Assembly (NCBI GenBank): GCA_951406725.2
Contig: OX597814.1
Span: 40,238,001-40,302,000 of the forward strand
Length of the DNA stretch: 64,000 nt
DNA from: Octopus vulgaris
Lineage: Eukaryota
Reading direction: 5' to 3'
Part shown: piece by piece, positions 51,601-64,000 of the stretch
Numbering within the stretch: position 1 is the stretch's first letter
Layout of the letters: each line of letters begins with the position of its first letter
Notes under the pieces: generated by a model
Databases searched by the model: none
What the model saw: the letters and a program-made list of their open reading frames with translations, nothing else
Told to the model about the DNA's origin: nothing
Program-made: the position numbers and the translations under genes

Positions 51601-52760
51601 TTTCGTCTATTTTAATTTTTGGGAGGTATGGTCGGTGGTCCATTTTGAGCTCTGTGGTTTTCAGTTCTTTGACTATTTTACTTTTTATATTATCATAATC
51701 ATTAGGCTCCCCTTCGTTGCTTCCAGGTTTTAGATTTGTGTCGCTTTCTTTCTTATTTATATGTTTGTTTGCCCTGTTTTTGCTTGCTGTTTGTCGTGTA
51801 TTATTATGCATCGTTACGGTCTGGGTTTGTTGTTTTTTGTTTACATCGTGTTTGTTGGAAATGTTACGTTTGTCTTCGTGTTTTATCGTTTCAGTGTTTA
51901 TATTATTGGGCATTGTTGTGTCGCTTCTATCTACATTTTCTTGGTGTATTTTTTTCTTTTAGATGTTCTATTTCTATTTTTTAGATGTTCTAGTTCTATT
52001 TCTATTTTTTTTGCGTTGAGAATGTATGATCATACCTTAGCTAGTTGATTAGGGTTCATTGCTGTATCCAAGCCTATATTTATATTATTTTCCTTCCAGA
52101 TTTTATATGCATGTGTTGTGTTTTCATTTTTTGTGTAGAGCACTGTTGTGAAGTATGCGTGTAGGATAGAAATGTATTCCTCACGTGTCCATTTATGTCT
52201 TTTGGGTTTTATTTGCGGGACATGAGGAACAGCGTCCGGTCCATTATTTTGACGGTCGTCATTTTCGTAGGGTACCGGTTCGTTCATTTCTGTTGTCACA
52301 TTGTTTTGCACGTGTAGTTTTTCGTACATTTTGTGTTGTAAGTTTCAAGTACGTACCTCCCGATTGTTATTCTTGGGTTGAATAATATCGGTGGTATTTA
52401 ATTTCTTCGTAGTTCCTTTGTACATGATGTTTGGGGTCGGGGATGATCTGGTGTTGATGGATCGTAATGTATCACACATGTTTATATGTGTTGTTTTTGA
52501 GGTGGAGATGATATCGAGTCAAAATACATCATTTCGTTTCGAAAATAGTAATAAATTTCAATGAGTATTACTTACTCCGGTACAGTCCAATCCTTTGTTA
52601 GTAAATCTTTGGCTCCATACGATGTCCTTGTTTTCGATGTTTGTGGATAGATTGCAGAGCTCTCTTTTATCGTTCTTACATCTTAAACGTCCCCCAGTGT
52701 ATCTTCGTCCCCCGGTGTATCTTCCGTCCCCCGGGATTATGGTAGGTGGGCTCCATTTTT
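48614..52760 (-). mobile_element. R4/Dong-clade non-LTR retrotransposon (RT plus restriction-like endonuclease), near full length, frameshifted
   Basis: NWKAPGHDKI, IDYKKAFDSMPH, RGIFQRDTLSPLLFC, HLLYMNDLKLY, YKYLGI, EGGRGL, CRICG...HIISGC...RH and RPDI motifs in order. The 3' end abuts (TAA)n at 48490-48613. Confidence 0.92.
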
Positions 52761-53590
52761 CGTATATGATCAGCTATAACCGATTTATCAATATCTCCCC
52801 ATGTCACAACTTTGTGATGTTTCTCTACACTTATTTTGAGGGGGCGTCTTGTTTAGTCTTTGTATAACCTATTACGCCACATCGACTAACAATAAAATTA
52901 TTGTAAAAAAATGAGAGGCAAATCCAAACACAACAACTAGTACAGCCACACACCAATCATGCTATTTCTCATACAAATGTGGGAGGAGACTGCGAACATA
53001 ACTCTTCCCAGGAAGATTAGCAACTGCGAAGTAAGCAAATCGGTCTCATCAAGGCAAACCCATTTGAACTGAGATATATAAAAGTGGTCACCGACAGAAT
53101 TAAATATGCTTAGATGATATAGTAGGACTGCCTTTAAAGGCATTCCGCATCCGAGGCATTGAGTTTATTATCAGCAAGTCTGTTCGTATAATGTATATTA
53201 AAAGAAATACTGCTTTACTGGTTTCTGATTGAAGTAGACTTTCTTGAAATACATAAAAGACAAAATTATTATTCATTTGAATTTTCCATAATCTCTTTAA
53301 TCAAGTACGTGCTATTCAAAACATTTCTATGAACAAAATAAACGCTGGGTCAGATGGGCCCACACAGTCTACAACATTATTCTCTCGCCGCTTCCAGATG
53401 TCCTTTTCCTTTTGTTCACATATCTTTGAGAAATGTAAAAAAAACATTTTCCCACTATTAGCCTACAATAATTGTACTCATTCGTAGGGGAATATTACAT
53501 ATGAAAACACAGAATCGTCAACCTATTTCCATAGAAGCAGAATCATATACTCATTCCAATACAAAGTAAAAACCCCAACACTGTCACATG

Positions 53591-53680
<90 letters not shown>

Positions 53681-53695
53681 TGCGTGTGTGTGTGT

Positions 53696-54544
53696 CCAAT
53701 TAGAAAAAAATTACCTAATGTAAATTAAGTCTAACCGTACAAAACAGTATTTTTTGTAAAAATAATATAAAGATGAACAAAGTTTAGCGTAAACATGTCT
53801 TTAATGCCTACTCTAGAGAGTTAATGTCGTCATTTATGAAAATATAAAGGGTGGAGGATGAATTAAAGAGAATGAAGTATATGTGTAATAAAAATTCTTA
53901 TTTACTCAAGATCCTTATTTAACATGGAATTATAATGTAAGAGAAAATGAGGAGTAGTGGTAATTCAATTAGAAATATGACGATTAATGATGTATTATAC
54001 TTACGAAGTCAATTGTTAAAAAGAGAGATATTACAAAAGCATTTCAGGAGATATAGAAAGAAGAAAAATATAGAAACGATAGGGTAATTTATTTCTTTTA
54101 TTTATCTCCCCTACACTAGTAACATTTCGTTTCCTTTTCACCCTCTCTAATTTATTAACGTATCGCTTCTTTATTTTCTTCTTACTACATCTATAATTTT
54201 TAAAAATCTCTCTTATTAACAATAGACTTTGTGAATATAATGCAACGTTAATCGTCATATTTTTCGATTGAATTTCACATTTATTCCTTTTCTCCTTTAT
54301 TGTGTTTCCCAGTTACCATAATATTTATCTTGAGTAAACAAGAATCCTTAATACCCATCCACCGCAATTCATTTTAATTCCTCCTCCTACCGTATATATT
54401 TAATAACTGACTATATTAACTTTGTAGTGTAATCTTTACAACCGTAATTTTTTACGATAGACCATCTTCTGCTTATGATATAAAAAATACCAAGTATTGT
54501 TTTCAACAGATTTAATTTACATTAGGTAACCATTTCTCATTGGA
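53696..54544. repeat. Old fold-back/MITE-like element with ~350-bp diverged inverted arms
   Basis: ttacctaatgtaaattaa vs ttaatttacattaggtaa, tttactcaagat vs atcttgagtaaa and aatatgacgattaa vs ttaatcgtcatatt occur in mirrored order. Confidence 0.7.
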
Positions 54545-55039
54545 TATTTCTCTAGCTCGCCTATACTGCATATATGGAGATTCGATTAGCAAATCTATAC
54601 TAATATATAGAGAGAAAGTTATCGATATCTCTATATCTTTAACGTTCCCTAACCTTTCAACCGTTAGTTGTGGTTAATAATTGACATGACCTCCATCACT
54701 ATAACACATAGATAGGAACGAATAAACATGAAACTCAGAGATTCAACTTCTCTGCTCTTTTTTTAAGTTCCTATTATTTTTCTATGCACTGATGATTACT
54801 TTGATATTTGCAAATTCTAAAATGAAGTTATATCTATGTACGAAATGATTATATGCATGAATAAACTTCTTAGAACTTTTTAACATTTTATCTCCTCCAT
54901 TTTTGACAAATAAGATTGGATTTGTATTGTTTCATTCCATAAATCAATCATACTCCTAATATACTGACAGATGTATGTATATATAGAGAGAGATATGTAT
55001 AAACATATATATCCATCTATCTATCTATCTATCTATCTA

Positions 55040-55132
<93 letters not shown>

Positions 55133-55137
55133 GCATA

Positions 55138-55213
<76 letters not shown>

Positions 55214-55232
55214 CATGCATATACTTGCATAC

Positions 55233-55278
<46 letters not shown>

Positions 55279-56389
55279 ATATATATATATGTATATATAT
55301 TAGATATATGCATGTAGATGCAAGTATTCCTTTAGCTCTGATTTGCATATAGGAATTTCCCAGAATAACTATTGTTTGATAGACTATGACGCCGTAAACG
55401 AATTCCAAGTACTGAAAATCAAAAATATTTTATGAATGCTGGTATGTGGTCTCATTAGTTATGCATTTCATGCAATAATTTGCTGTGTACTATACATAGT
55501 AAATCGACATTTCCAATTTATATGAAACTGCATTTAATTAATTTTATTTTATATTAGATAACTATATATTCTTTTAAAGTTGTGTTTCAATCTAATTCAT
55601 ATCCTCTTAAGGCAACATTGAATAATTTAATCATCTTTACGGGGTATGTGTACTTGATCATTTAGTCACATGATTTATATTCACATTCTATGTTTAAAAA
55701 TCCTTTGCCACGAAAATCGTATGATATAAATAGTTGCCACTAGTTAACTTAAAAGTTATTATTTTCTTATTTTACACACCCTGTTATTCCTTGTAAATGT
55801 AAATTCATTTCTTTCTATTATCTCAAATTTATCTGATTGTTATAGTTTTATCTATATTTTAATCTATTATAAATTAATTCTAGAAATGATACTGTTTTCT
55901 TAATTTCATACAGCGAAATATAAGTTTTACTCATTGATAGATGTTCCGTTATTTACCATTGGTTGTAACAAAAATATGAAATATATTATTTTGAAAACTA
56001 CGTGGAATTCTGTCAAAATATTATGTGCTGTTTGTAATATTTCTCCGAATTCCAGATTAGCATAAACATATGAAACCTTGCTTTGCTCAACAGGTGTTTA
56101 ATCCATTCAAGACCCGATTTGAACCCTCATAACAGAATAAACTCCATTTTTTCCCTGGCTTCTTCTAATATTTTGAAACTCATCACGGGCCCTGAAACCT
56201 TTCATACATGCAAACACACATATATGTATATACACTACAATCAATGTATAATGACGATGATGATGACGACAACAACGTTCATGATGATGAGTATGATAGT
56301 GGTGGTGGTGTTCGTGGTGGCAATCTCTCGTAGTACGAGATTTAATGCTCTACAATTTCTGAAAAACTTGCACAAACGATGTTTATAGT

Positions 56390-56585
56390 GTTTAAGTTTA
56401 TGCCCTGTGCCTTAGTTTGCACCCACCATAAAATCGGCATTGGTTGAACAGGTGCACTGTGCACCATATGAGCGGTGTGGATGTGAGTGCACAGCAATGT
56501 GAAATTAATCGTTTTGCTCAGAAACAGCGCATCAACCGGTCCAGGAATTGAAACCACATGTGTGCAAAACCTAAATACTAGGCCT
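56390..56585 (-). mobile_element. Decayed tRNA-type SINE
   Basis: Minus strand has the box-B-like ggtttcaattcctggaccgg followed by CORE/V-like ctgagcaaaac..ttaatttcac. Confidence 0.4.
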
Positions 56586-58744
56586 TACACCCTCAACGGC
56601 ATACAATAATATGACTGGTTATGGAAGAGAAAATTATAGTAGCTATAATTACAGACTATATACTATTTTTTCAGTCACTGTTTAACATTAAAGAAAGGTC
56701 CTTTCATATCTTGCGAGGCTCTGGAATTCAGCTGCAGCTTTTAATTTCTGTATCATTTCATAGGAATACAAAATCTGCCGTGATGTTGTCTTCTTGATTG
56801 AAAATATCATACTCCTCGTTTTCTTGCCCATTGTTGATCCTTAAAATTATTTTGCTGAGTGATCTACATAATAGAGTATATAATAAGTATAAAATTAATT
56901 TATTTCATGCCTCTTCCTCGTACTTGTTATGTAGGTATCCAAGTCACTCTTGTACAAAATTGTTGCTTTGATTTCTCTGTATGAGTGGACTCATATATTC
57001 TAGTGTTCCGTTCTTCATTTGACTTCTCTAGTTTGAATGTAAACACTTGACATTTTCTTTCATTTTGTTTAGCTGTTTCACGTCTTTAATTTCGTTCAAA
57101 TGGAACTGCATTAAATGATGTGAGAATAAAATGTACAGTGTCAGTATTTCGACGATCCTGCAACGATTAAACACAGTGTGATAAACATTAAGTTAAAAAA
57201 AAAACTTTTCAATATTCACTCAAGGGCATTAGATTCGTTTCTCATGTGTTTCAATATAAAAATAAATAAATATTGTTACTGATTATTACCCAGGAAAACT
57301 TTAAAACAAAATCATATTTTTTGTGAACAAAAACAAATACTGTCATCCTCGGGCTCGAATCTTGTTTGAATTTAAAAGAAAATGTGATGAAAACGTCCTG
57401 CAGGATATGTTAATGTGAGACTATAATGTGTGATGCACAAAAATGTGAAACTGTAAAATAATAAGAAAATATACCAAATAAAGAATAGTAAAATACCTTT
57501 TATGTTCCCTTATTACCTGTTCTCCCACTTGAATTAAAAGTGTGTCATTTCGTTATGTGCATCATGTAATGTGGCCTAGAATATAACATTATAAGGAACG
57601 ACTAAGTACCTTGAAAAGTGTTATGATCATCATTTATATCGAGAAACAGGTGATATACTATCAGCAATATAGTGATATATAATCATACTGAATCACGGGG
57701 GAAATGTGTAATTAGAAATATTAGATTCCATCCAATTAGAGTCTTCTTTCATGATGTCTTTGTGGGTTTACAATTTTCTAATGATGTCTTTACACATTAA
57801 TAACCAATCTTCCAAAAGATGGATGTGAGTAATTCTTCAAAAATATTAGATAGATTTAAGTTTATTACTAAACAAGTATATTTTTATTTTAGGCACATCG
57901 ATTGCATCCGCTACATTAGAGGGAAAATATGTCAACCTTAATGTGGGAACCTATTTTTCAAATTCAAAGTAAATCACTTTATCATTCTGTTTGAAGCTGT
58001 ATCCATTCTTTTATTTCCCGTATATCAGAACCATATCTGATAACTGGATATATATTTTGCTTCACATCATAATCTCTTAGGCTTTCTCCTACTCTTGTTC
58101 CCCCGCATCACTTTCATTTTTGATCTTCTTCATCGTTATCATCTTTGATCTTCTTCATCGTTATATTATTCGCCATTAAAGTGATTATCATTTCCTTCTT
58201 CTTCCTTGCAGTTACGTGGACGTAATAACATCTGGTGGAAGGTTTAATGATACACCACCGTAATCTAAGAAGTTGTGGCCGAAAATTAGGCTGGGATAGA
58301 AAAATTGTAGTCTTCTCGCATTCACCATGTCTGACCGTTCATATAAATCTTACGAAAGCGAAATATTCAATACGTGAGATTTATGCGCAAAACCCTAGTA
58401 GCTATATATTGAAAATTGAGCTACTAGATTAAATCGTTGTAGTTATGTCCACAAACAACGATTATAAGTAGATGCATAGAGCACAATTACTAGTGAATTT
58501 ACTGAAGCAGTCGTGACTAACAGACGCAAACAAAATATGTTGAATAAGTATTATACGAAGTTCAGAACTTACTGGACCTTTGTAAAAATGAAAACATGTC
58601 TGTAAATTACACGTTCCACAACGAAATTGAGAATGGAAATTTACATAAATATACATTGTGGCCTACGTAGGAAGGGGATAGGAAGACAATATTTGTTGCT
58701 TGATATAGATCAGAAAAGAATGTGAAATTAAACGTTTAATTAAA

Positions 58745-59596
58745 AATATAATCCATTGGTAGTAGTTCAGTGGAAGGAGTCGGTGATGAGATAGGGTCGA
58801 AGATGGGTGCCGGTGAGGTGGGTGGTGTTAGAGGGGTAAGGGTATGTCTGGCAGCTAGAGCGGGAGCAGGGGAACGAGCCAGGTTGGAAGGTTGGGTTAG
58901 GGACGAAGCTATGTACCAAGAGGTCTCGTATGTTGTGGGATCGTTTGAAAGAGGTGAGGGGTCCATTAGAGAAGATGTGCGAAGTGGAGGAGTCAGACTG
59001 GAGTCACCAGACCAGAAGGCTCGGAAAATGGTGCGGTGGAGAGGTAGGGTGGTGAGGTGGTAGGTGAGGGGAAACACGAGACGGGACTGGTGCGAGGGGA
59101 GGGAGCAGATGTACAATCCACAGAACGTGCTCTGGCAAGAGCAGAGGGGATATTGTTGAGGGGATATCCACGTAGGATGAAGTGGCGAGCTATGAGTTGA
59201 GGCTGAGTCTCAACGTCATGGTCGTCACTGCAGGTCCGGCGTAAACGAAGGAATTGGGAATAGGGGATGGAGAGCTTGGTTGTTTGAGGGGGAGAAGTTG
59301 AGGTATGAGTGTGAGTCTGTGTGTTGGTAGTGGATGGAGGTGGTGAGAGTGGAGTAATGAATGCTGACCGAAATGTCAAGAAAGGAGACAGAGGTGTCAG
59401 AGGTAGTGCAGTAGAAGTGGAGGGCAGGATGGAAAGATTTGACAAAAGAGAGAAAGAAGTCTAGATGTTCGCGGGCGAGTGAGGTCGCACCGATAGAGTC
59501 GTCAAAGTAAAAGCCGTAGTGTTTGGAGTGGGACCAGTGAAACTTGAGAATATTTGGGCCTCAACGTAGCCAACGAACATATTCGCATAGTTGGGG

Positions 59597-59598
<2 letters not shown>
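58745..59598 (-). pseudogene. Neptune-like PLE relic (RT C-terminus, Cys linker, start of GIY-YIG)
   Basis: SPNYANMFVGYVEAQIF, SIPYSQFLRLRRTCSDD...F..RGYP and GSFPCSRSSCQTYPY...ITDSF. Truncated upstream at (TA)n. Confidence 0.8.
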
Positions 59599-59667
<69 letters not shown>

Positions 59668-59740
59668 TAATATAAAAATTAACAGAATGAGATAAAATTC
59701 CAAGGTTATGAAAGCTTTTCCGAACATTTATAGGTAGAAG

Positions 59741-59788
59741 GTCTTACAGCTGTTTCCCGGATATTTTATATATCCCTTCATCGGAGAC
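59741..59788 (-). ncRNA. Decayed type I hammerhead in a PLE terminus (~59663-60230)
   Basis: gucu-CCGAUGA-ag.ggauau.auaaa.auaucc.gg-GAAA-cagcug-UA-agac. U4C substitution, palindromic CAGCUG, GUA triplet. Confidence 0.65.
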
Positions 59789-60246
59789 GTTATGAGAAGA
59801 TGGTTAAGCAATAGTTATTATACATAAGACATGAAATATAGATTGAAGTGGAGGAACGAAAATACACGAGATATGCAGGGATTTAGTATCTTCAGTTCCA
59901 TTATTTATGCAGAATGGTATATATATAAGATTCCTTTATTTTGTGATAAAGTTCCAATAGTATTTGAAATTGGTCATTCCAAGCATAGAGTTTGTAAATT
60001 GTGTTAAGTAAATACATATATAAATATATAGATATTTGTCACAAAATAGCTAGTACTAAATTCATTGTAAGAGCAGGACGTAGTATTTGTACTAGCTAAT
60101 AATGTTCGTAGCCGCATCAACATAGCAGTTCCGTTCGAATGGACCTCACTGCGGTGCTTTACACTAAGAGAACACCACTTTCAGCTGGTTAACGATGCAC
60201 AGCTGCATCCGATATATTGGCTACAAACATTATATACATACATATT

Positions 60247-60301
<55 letters not shown>

Positions 60302-60459
60302 AAATATATGTATGTATATATATTAATATGTATGTATACATACATTTATGTGAGTGTGCATGTGTGCGCGCACGCGTGTGTATTTCTTAGGTTTGCAAGA
60401 AATGCATAAGATTCTTTCCAAGGAAACATTATATATATATATATATATATCTCTTATTA

Positions 60460-60970
60460 TCTTATTATAAAAGGCAGATTTTATCTGCCTCCCTTTGTCA
60501 CTTATAGAAATCTACAATATAGGATTCCTTCAATTACAATTTACCTAGCATTTTTAAGAGTAGAATGCCTCGGGTCATGCCAGGTCCAGATTTTAAAATT
60601 TAAATTAAGCAAAATTTACAGAAAACTCATATTCTGGTGTGTATGTCAAATGCTTTTCTTAGTCTGGTTTACAGCACACGCAAACGCACACACACAGTGT
60701 GCAACGAATAAACTGAAACTAATTCACTGTGTGTGTGTTGACAGGTAGACAATAGAATGCGATGGCGATGTAATATTTGTTTCTGTCTATCACGCTGATA
60801 GATACATGAGTAAAATGTATGGCAAGCTAAGAGATAAGAGTGAGTGAAAATGTTCTTGGAAGAGAGTAAATAGCGACAGAGTGATTTGAGGAAGACTAAA
60901 CTGAAAGTATGAAACAGTGTTTATATATAAACAGACGACATTTATATATAGTTATTAATAAATGTATGCA
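60460..60970 (+). mobile_element. Helitron-like module A, copy 1
   Basis: Starts A|TCTTATTATAAAAGGCAG with the hairpin aggcagat-ttt-atctgcct. Repeated at 61742. Confidence 0.65.
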
Positions 60971-61304
60971 TCCGTTTAACCCTTTCGTTACCAAACCGCC
61001 CGAATTTACCTATTCATATTTAAATGAGAATATCAGAGTAATTCTCTTTAGTACATTCGTGAAAACCCGTATTATACTTCGTAAACACTTCAAATACAGT
61101 TTTGTACAAAAATCGAAGTGTAATTTTAATTCCGTGATTTATGGGAGATTTCTTTCCGAAATTTGTTCCTATTGTGTTTTCAAAATTTGTAATTCTGACA
61201 AAAAATGGATACGAATTTCATTATATCAAGCAGCGAGTTAGAATTCGAAGGATTTTCTACTGAAGACCTTCATAAATCTAACTCTATGACTGAAAAAAGA
61301 AGCA

Positions 61305-61698
61305 TCTTTATATAAGAGTGAAGTTGTGTGTCTGTCTCCTACGATTTAGATTCCTAACTACTCCCACATTTTGCGGTGCAGTTTAACCAAAAGCGGGTAT
61401 CTTATAGTCATGATTCATATCGAGCCCTTCTGGGTATTAGCGCGCGTCTACGATGAGTCTACGATTTAAAAATATTTTTCCATCATATTTTTCCATTTTA
61501 ATGCATTTTTTAGCTTTTATATAAGGGAAGTAACGCTCTAAAAATATCTACGATGTGTCAACGATTTAAAAAAAAAATTGCCTTAATTTTTTTTCAATTT
61601 TTAATGCATTTTTTTGCTATTTTTTGGCTATAACACTCTAAAAATGCTTATATAGTTATTTCCCTTACAAACCCGAGCAACGCCGGGCGATACTGCTA

Positions 61699-61699
<1 letters not shown>
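61305..61699 (+). mobile_element. Non-autonomous Helitron module B, copy 1
   Basis: A|TC start, 3' hairpin cccgagcaacgccggg and CTAG|T end. Confidence 0.8.
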
Positions 61700-61741
<42 letters not shown>

Positions 61742-61744
<3 letters not shown>

Positions 61745-62040
61745 TATTATAAAAGGCAGATTTTATCTGCCTCCCTTTGTATCTTATAGAAATCTACAAT
61801 ATAGGATTTCTTCAATTACAATTTACCTAGCATTTTTAAGAGTAGAATGCATCGGGTCATGCCACGTCCAGTTTTTAAAATTTCAACCCCAATTAAGCAA
61901 AATTTAGAGAAAACTCACATTGTGGTGTATATGTCAAATGTTTTTCTTAGCGTGGGCTACACCACACGCAAACGCACACACACACAAACGGAGTGAACTG
62001 TTTCACTGACGCTATCACCCTTCTCCTCCTTTCTCTTTGC
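61742..62040 (+). mobile_element. Helitron-like module A, copy 2 (truncated)
   Basis: Near-identical to 60460-60700. Confidence 0.65.
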
Positions 62041-62818
62041 AAGTTTGCAGCTATTAAAGTGAAAACAGTGAATCCGACAGCGATTAAGAAAATGAATTGG
62101 TACCTGAATGGAGTTAAAATTTAAAAACTGTTTCCTTCGGTGATTTTTCTGAAGAAACTGCACCAAGCCACAGACTTTCCCAGAAGTGTAAAGCCTTAAA
62201 CTATTTCTTTTTACTTTTTCGAATGAGCCCATTTGAAATCATTACGGCAGAAACGAACTGTTACGCTAAACGTAAACAAAACGAAAGAAAGGATAGTTTG
62301 TGGTTTCCCACAACCTTAAATGAAATTAAGGCCTATTTTGCCATAAATATTATTATGGGTATCAGAAAGTTACCCAGAATAACAAATTCTATCGTAAAAT
62401 TTTGTTGTATACCCAATTGAATATTAGCTAATAACCCATTTTCTATAGCGATGTTTGAACAAAATTTTAATAATTTTATATATTGTTGAATTTACCTGTA
62501 TCTACCTGCAATTAGAGTCACTTTGTGACAAAAATTATAGTATAGAATTGGTTGAGGACATTTCATTAAATTATTTTCCAAAAATCACATTAATATATTG
62601 ATAAATAAAAAAGTTTAATGAAACCAGACTAAATTTATCATTACGTTAGAAAATAATTGAAACACATAAGGGGTGTATTTTGAACAGAAATATAGTAACG
62701 AATGGGTTAAGAAAAACAAAAAAATATTTTATTCTTTATAAATGTTGTGTTCAAAATAACATTTTCTTTTAAGAATGTGTATATTACAGAGTATGTGTAT
62801 ATAACTACATGACTTATA

Positions 62819-63217
62819 TCTTTATATATAAGAGTGAAGTTGTGTGTCTGTCTCCTACGATTTAGATTCCTAACTACTCCCACATTTTGCGGTGCAGTGT
62901 AACCAAAACCGGGTATCTTATAATCGTGAGTCATATCGAACCCTTCTGGGTATTAACGCGCGTCTACGATGAGTCTACGATTTTAAAAATATTTACCATC
63001 ATATTTTTCCATTTTTATGCATTTTTTTCGCTATTATATAAGGGAAGTAACTCTCTAAAAATATCTACGATGTGTCAACGATTTAAAAAAAAAATACCTT
63101 AATTTTTTTTTTCCATTTCTAATGCATTTTTTTCCTATTTTTTGGCTATAACTCTCTAAAAATGCTTATATAGTTATTTCCCTTACAAACCCGAGCAACG
63201 CCGGGCGATACTGCTAG
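62819..63217 (+). mobile_element. Non-autonomous Helitron module B, copy 2
   Basis: Near-identical to 61305-61699, ends CTAG|T. Confidence 0.8.
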
Positions 63218-63269
<52 letters not shown>

Positions 63270-63599
63270 CAAAGAACATCGTGCAGTTACAATGTACACA
63301 CAATCTTTATTTTCTTTTTCTCAATCTTAGGTTTCACCTGTATGTCCAGTTACAGTTGTGTATCTCTTACATTATTTTATCATTAAATATCACTTCGAAA
63401 ATGAGCAAGACATATTTTTGATTGCAAGAGTTGAAATATTACCGTCCTGAATAAGTGAATAATTTCCACTGTCGCATAAATTATCACTTTCACATATATA
63501 ATTATTGCTTTGACAAACTACACGTCTTTTGTCACACACACAAACACACACAAACACACACAAACACACACACACACACATACACACTCACACACACAT

Positions 63600-63955
63600 T
63601 ACACTTTTACTCATTTACTTGTTTCAGTAATTTGTATGCGGCAATACTGGAGTACAGCCTTTAGTCGAACAAATGGCCCCATGGCCTATTCTTTGTAAGC
63701 CTAGTACTTATTGTATCGATTAATTTTGCCGAAACGCCATGTTACGGTGACATAAACACACCAGCATTGTTTGCCAAGTGATGGTAGGGGGAACACAATA
63801 TAGACACAGACACACACACACATACGCACACACATATATATATACGACAGGCATCTTTCAGTTTCTGTCAACCAATTCTAGTCACAAGGATTTATTCAGC
63901 CCGAGGCGATAGCAGAAGATACACAAGATGCCATACAGTGGGAATGAACCCGAAG
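63600..63955 (-). mobile_element. SINE family A, diverged copy
   Basis: Collinear with 32832-33230. Confidence 0.75.
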
Positions 63956-64000
63956 CCGGCGCCTGTATCTGTGAGTAATTATTTCACACTTTGATATACA

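Larger units (their letters stand above)
60980..62706 (+). mobile_element. piggyBac-family DNA transposon remnant (interrupted)
   Basis: TTAA|CCCTTTCGTTAC ... GTAACGAATGGG|TTAA (11/12 inverted match, TTAA on both sides). Internal transposase fragment FEIITAETNCYA...WFPTTLNEIKAYFAINIIMGIRKLP at 62223-62420. Confidence 0.8.

Overview
AT-rich, microsatellite-dense eukaryotic DNA. The SINE and LINE content looks like an octopus (cephalopod) genome; this is an inference. Most listed ORFs are artefacts of (TA)n/(CA)n/(TAA)n repeats. The main structure is a young ~6.4 kb Penelope-like element (PLE) at 10935-17371. It has a 5'-truncated RT-thumb/linker/GIY-YIG endonuclease coding core between two nearly identical inverted arms of 2.4-3.1 kb, built mostly of cryptic microsatellite. 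Each arm ends in a minimal type I hammerhead ribozyme, and the whole element sits inside the internal (TA)n of a SINE. The window also holds several other hammerhead-bearing PLE ends, including an 0.84 kb non-coding fold-back element whose two hammerheads carry the compensatory U3-A8 core. Other elements: a near full-length but decayed R4/Dong LINE at a (TAA)n tract, two related Tx1/L1-type ORF1 elements (one apparently ORF1-only with a poly(A) tail), a Neptune-like PLE relic, Gypsy, CR1/L2 and RTE relics, Helitrons, a piggyBac interleaved with Helitron modules, MITE-like palindromes and two SINE families. A few candidate host exons are present at low confidence. All calls come from reading the sequence by eye; no alignment or database search was run.
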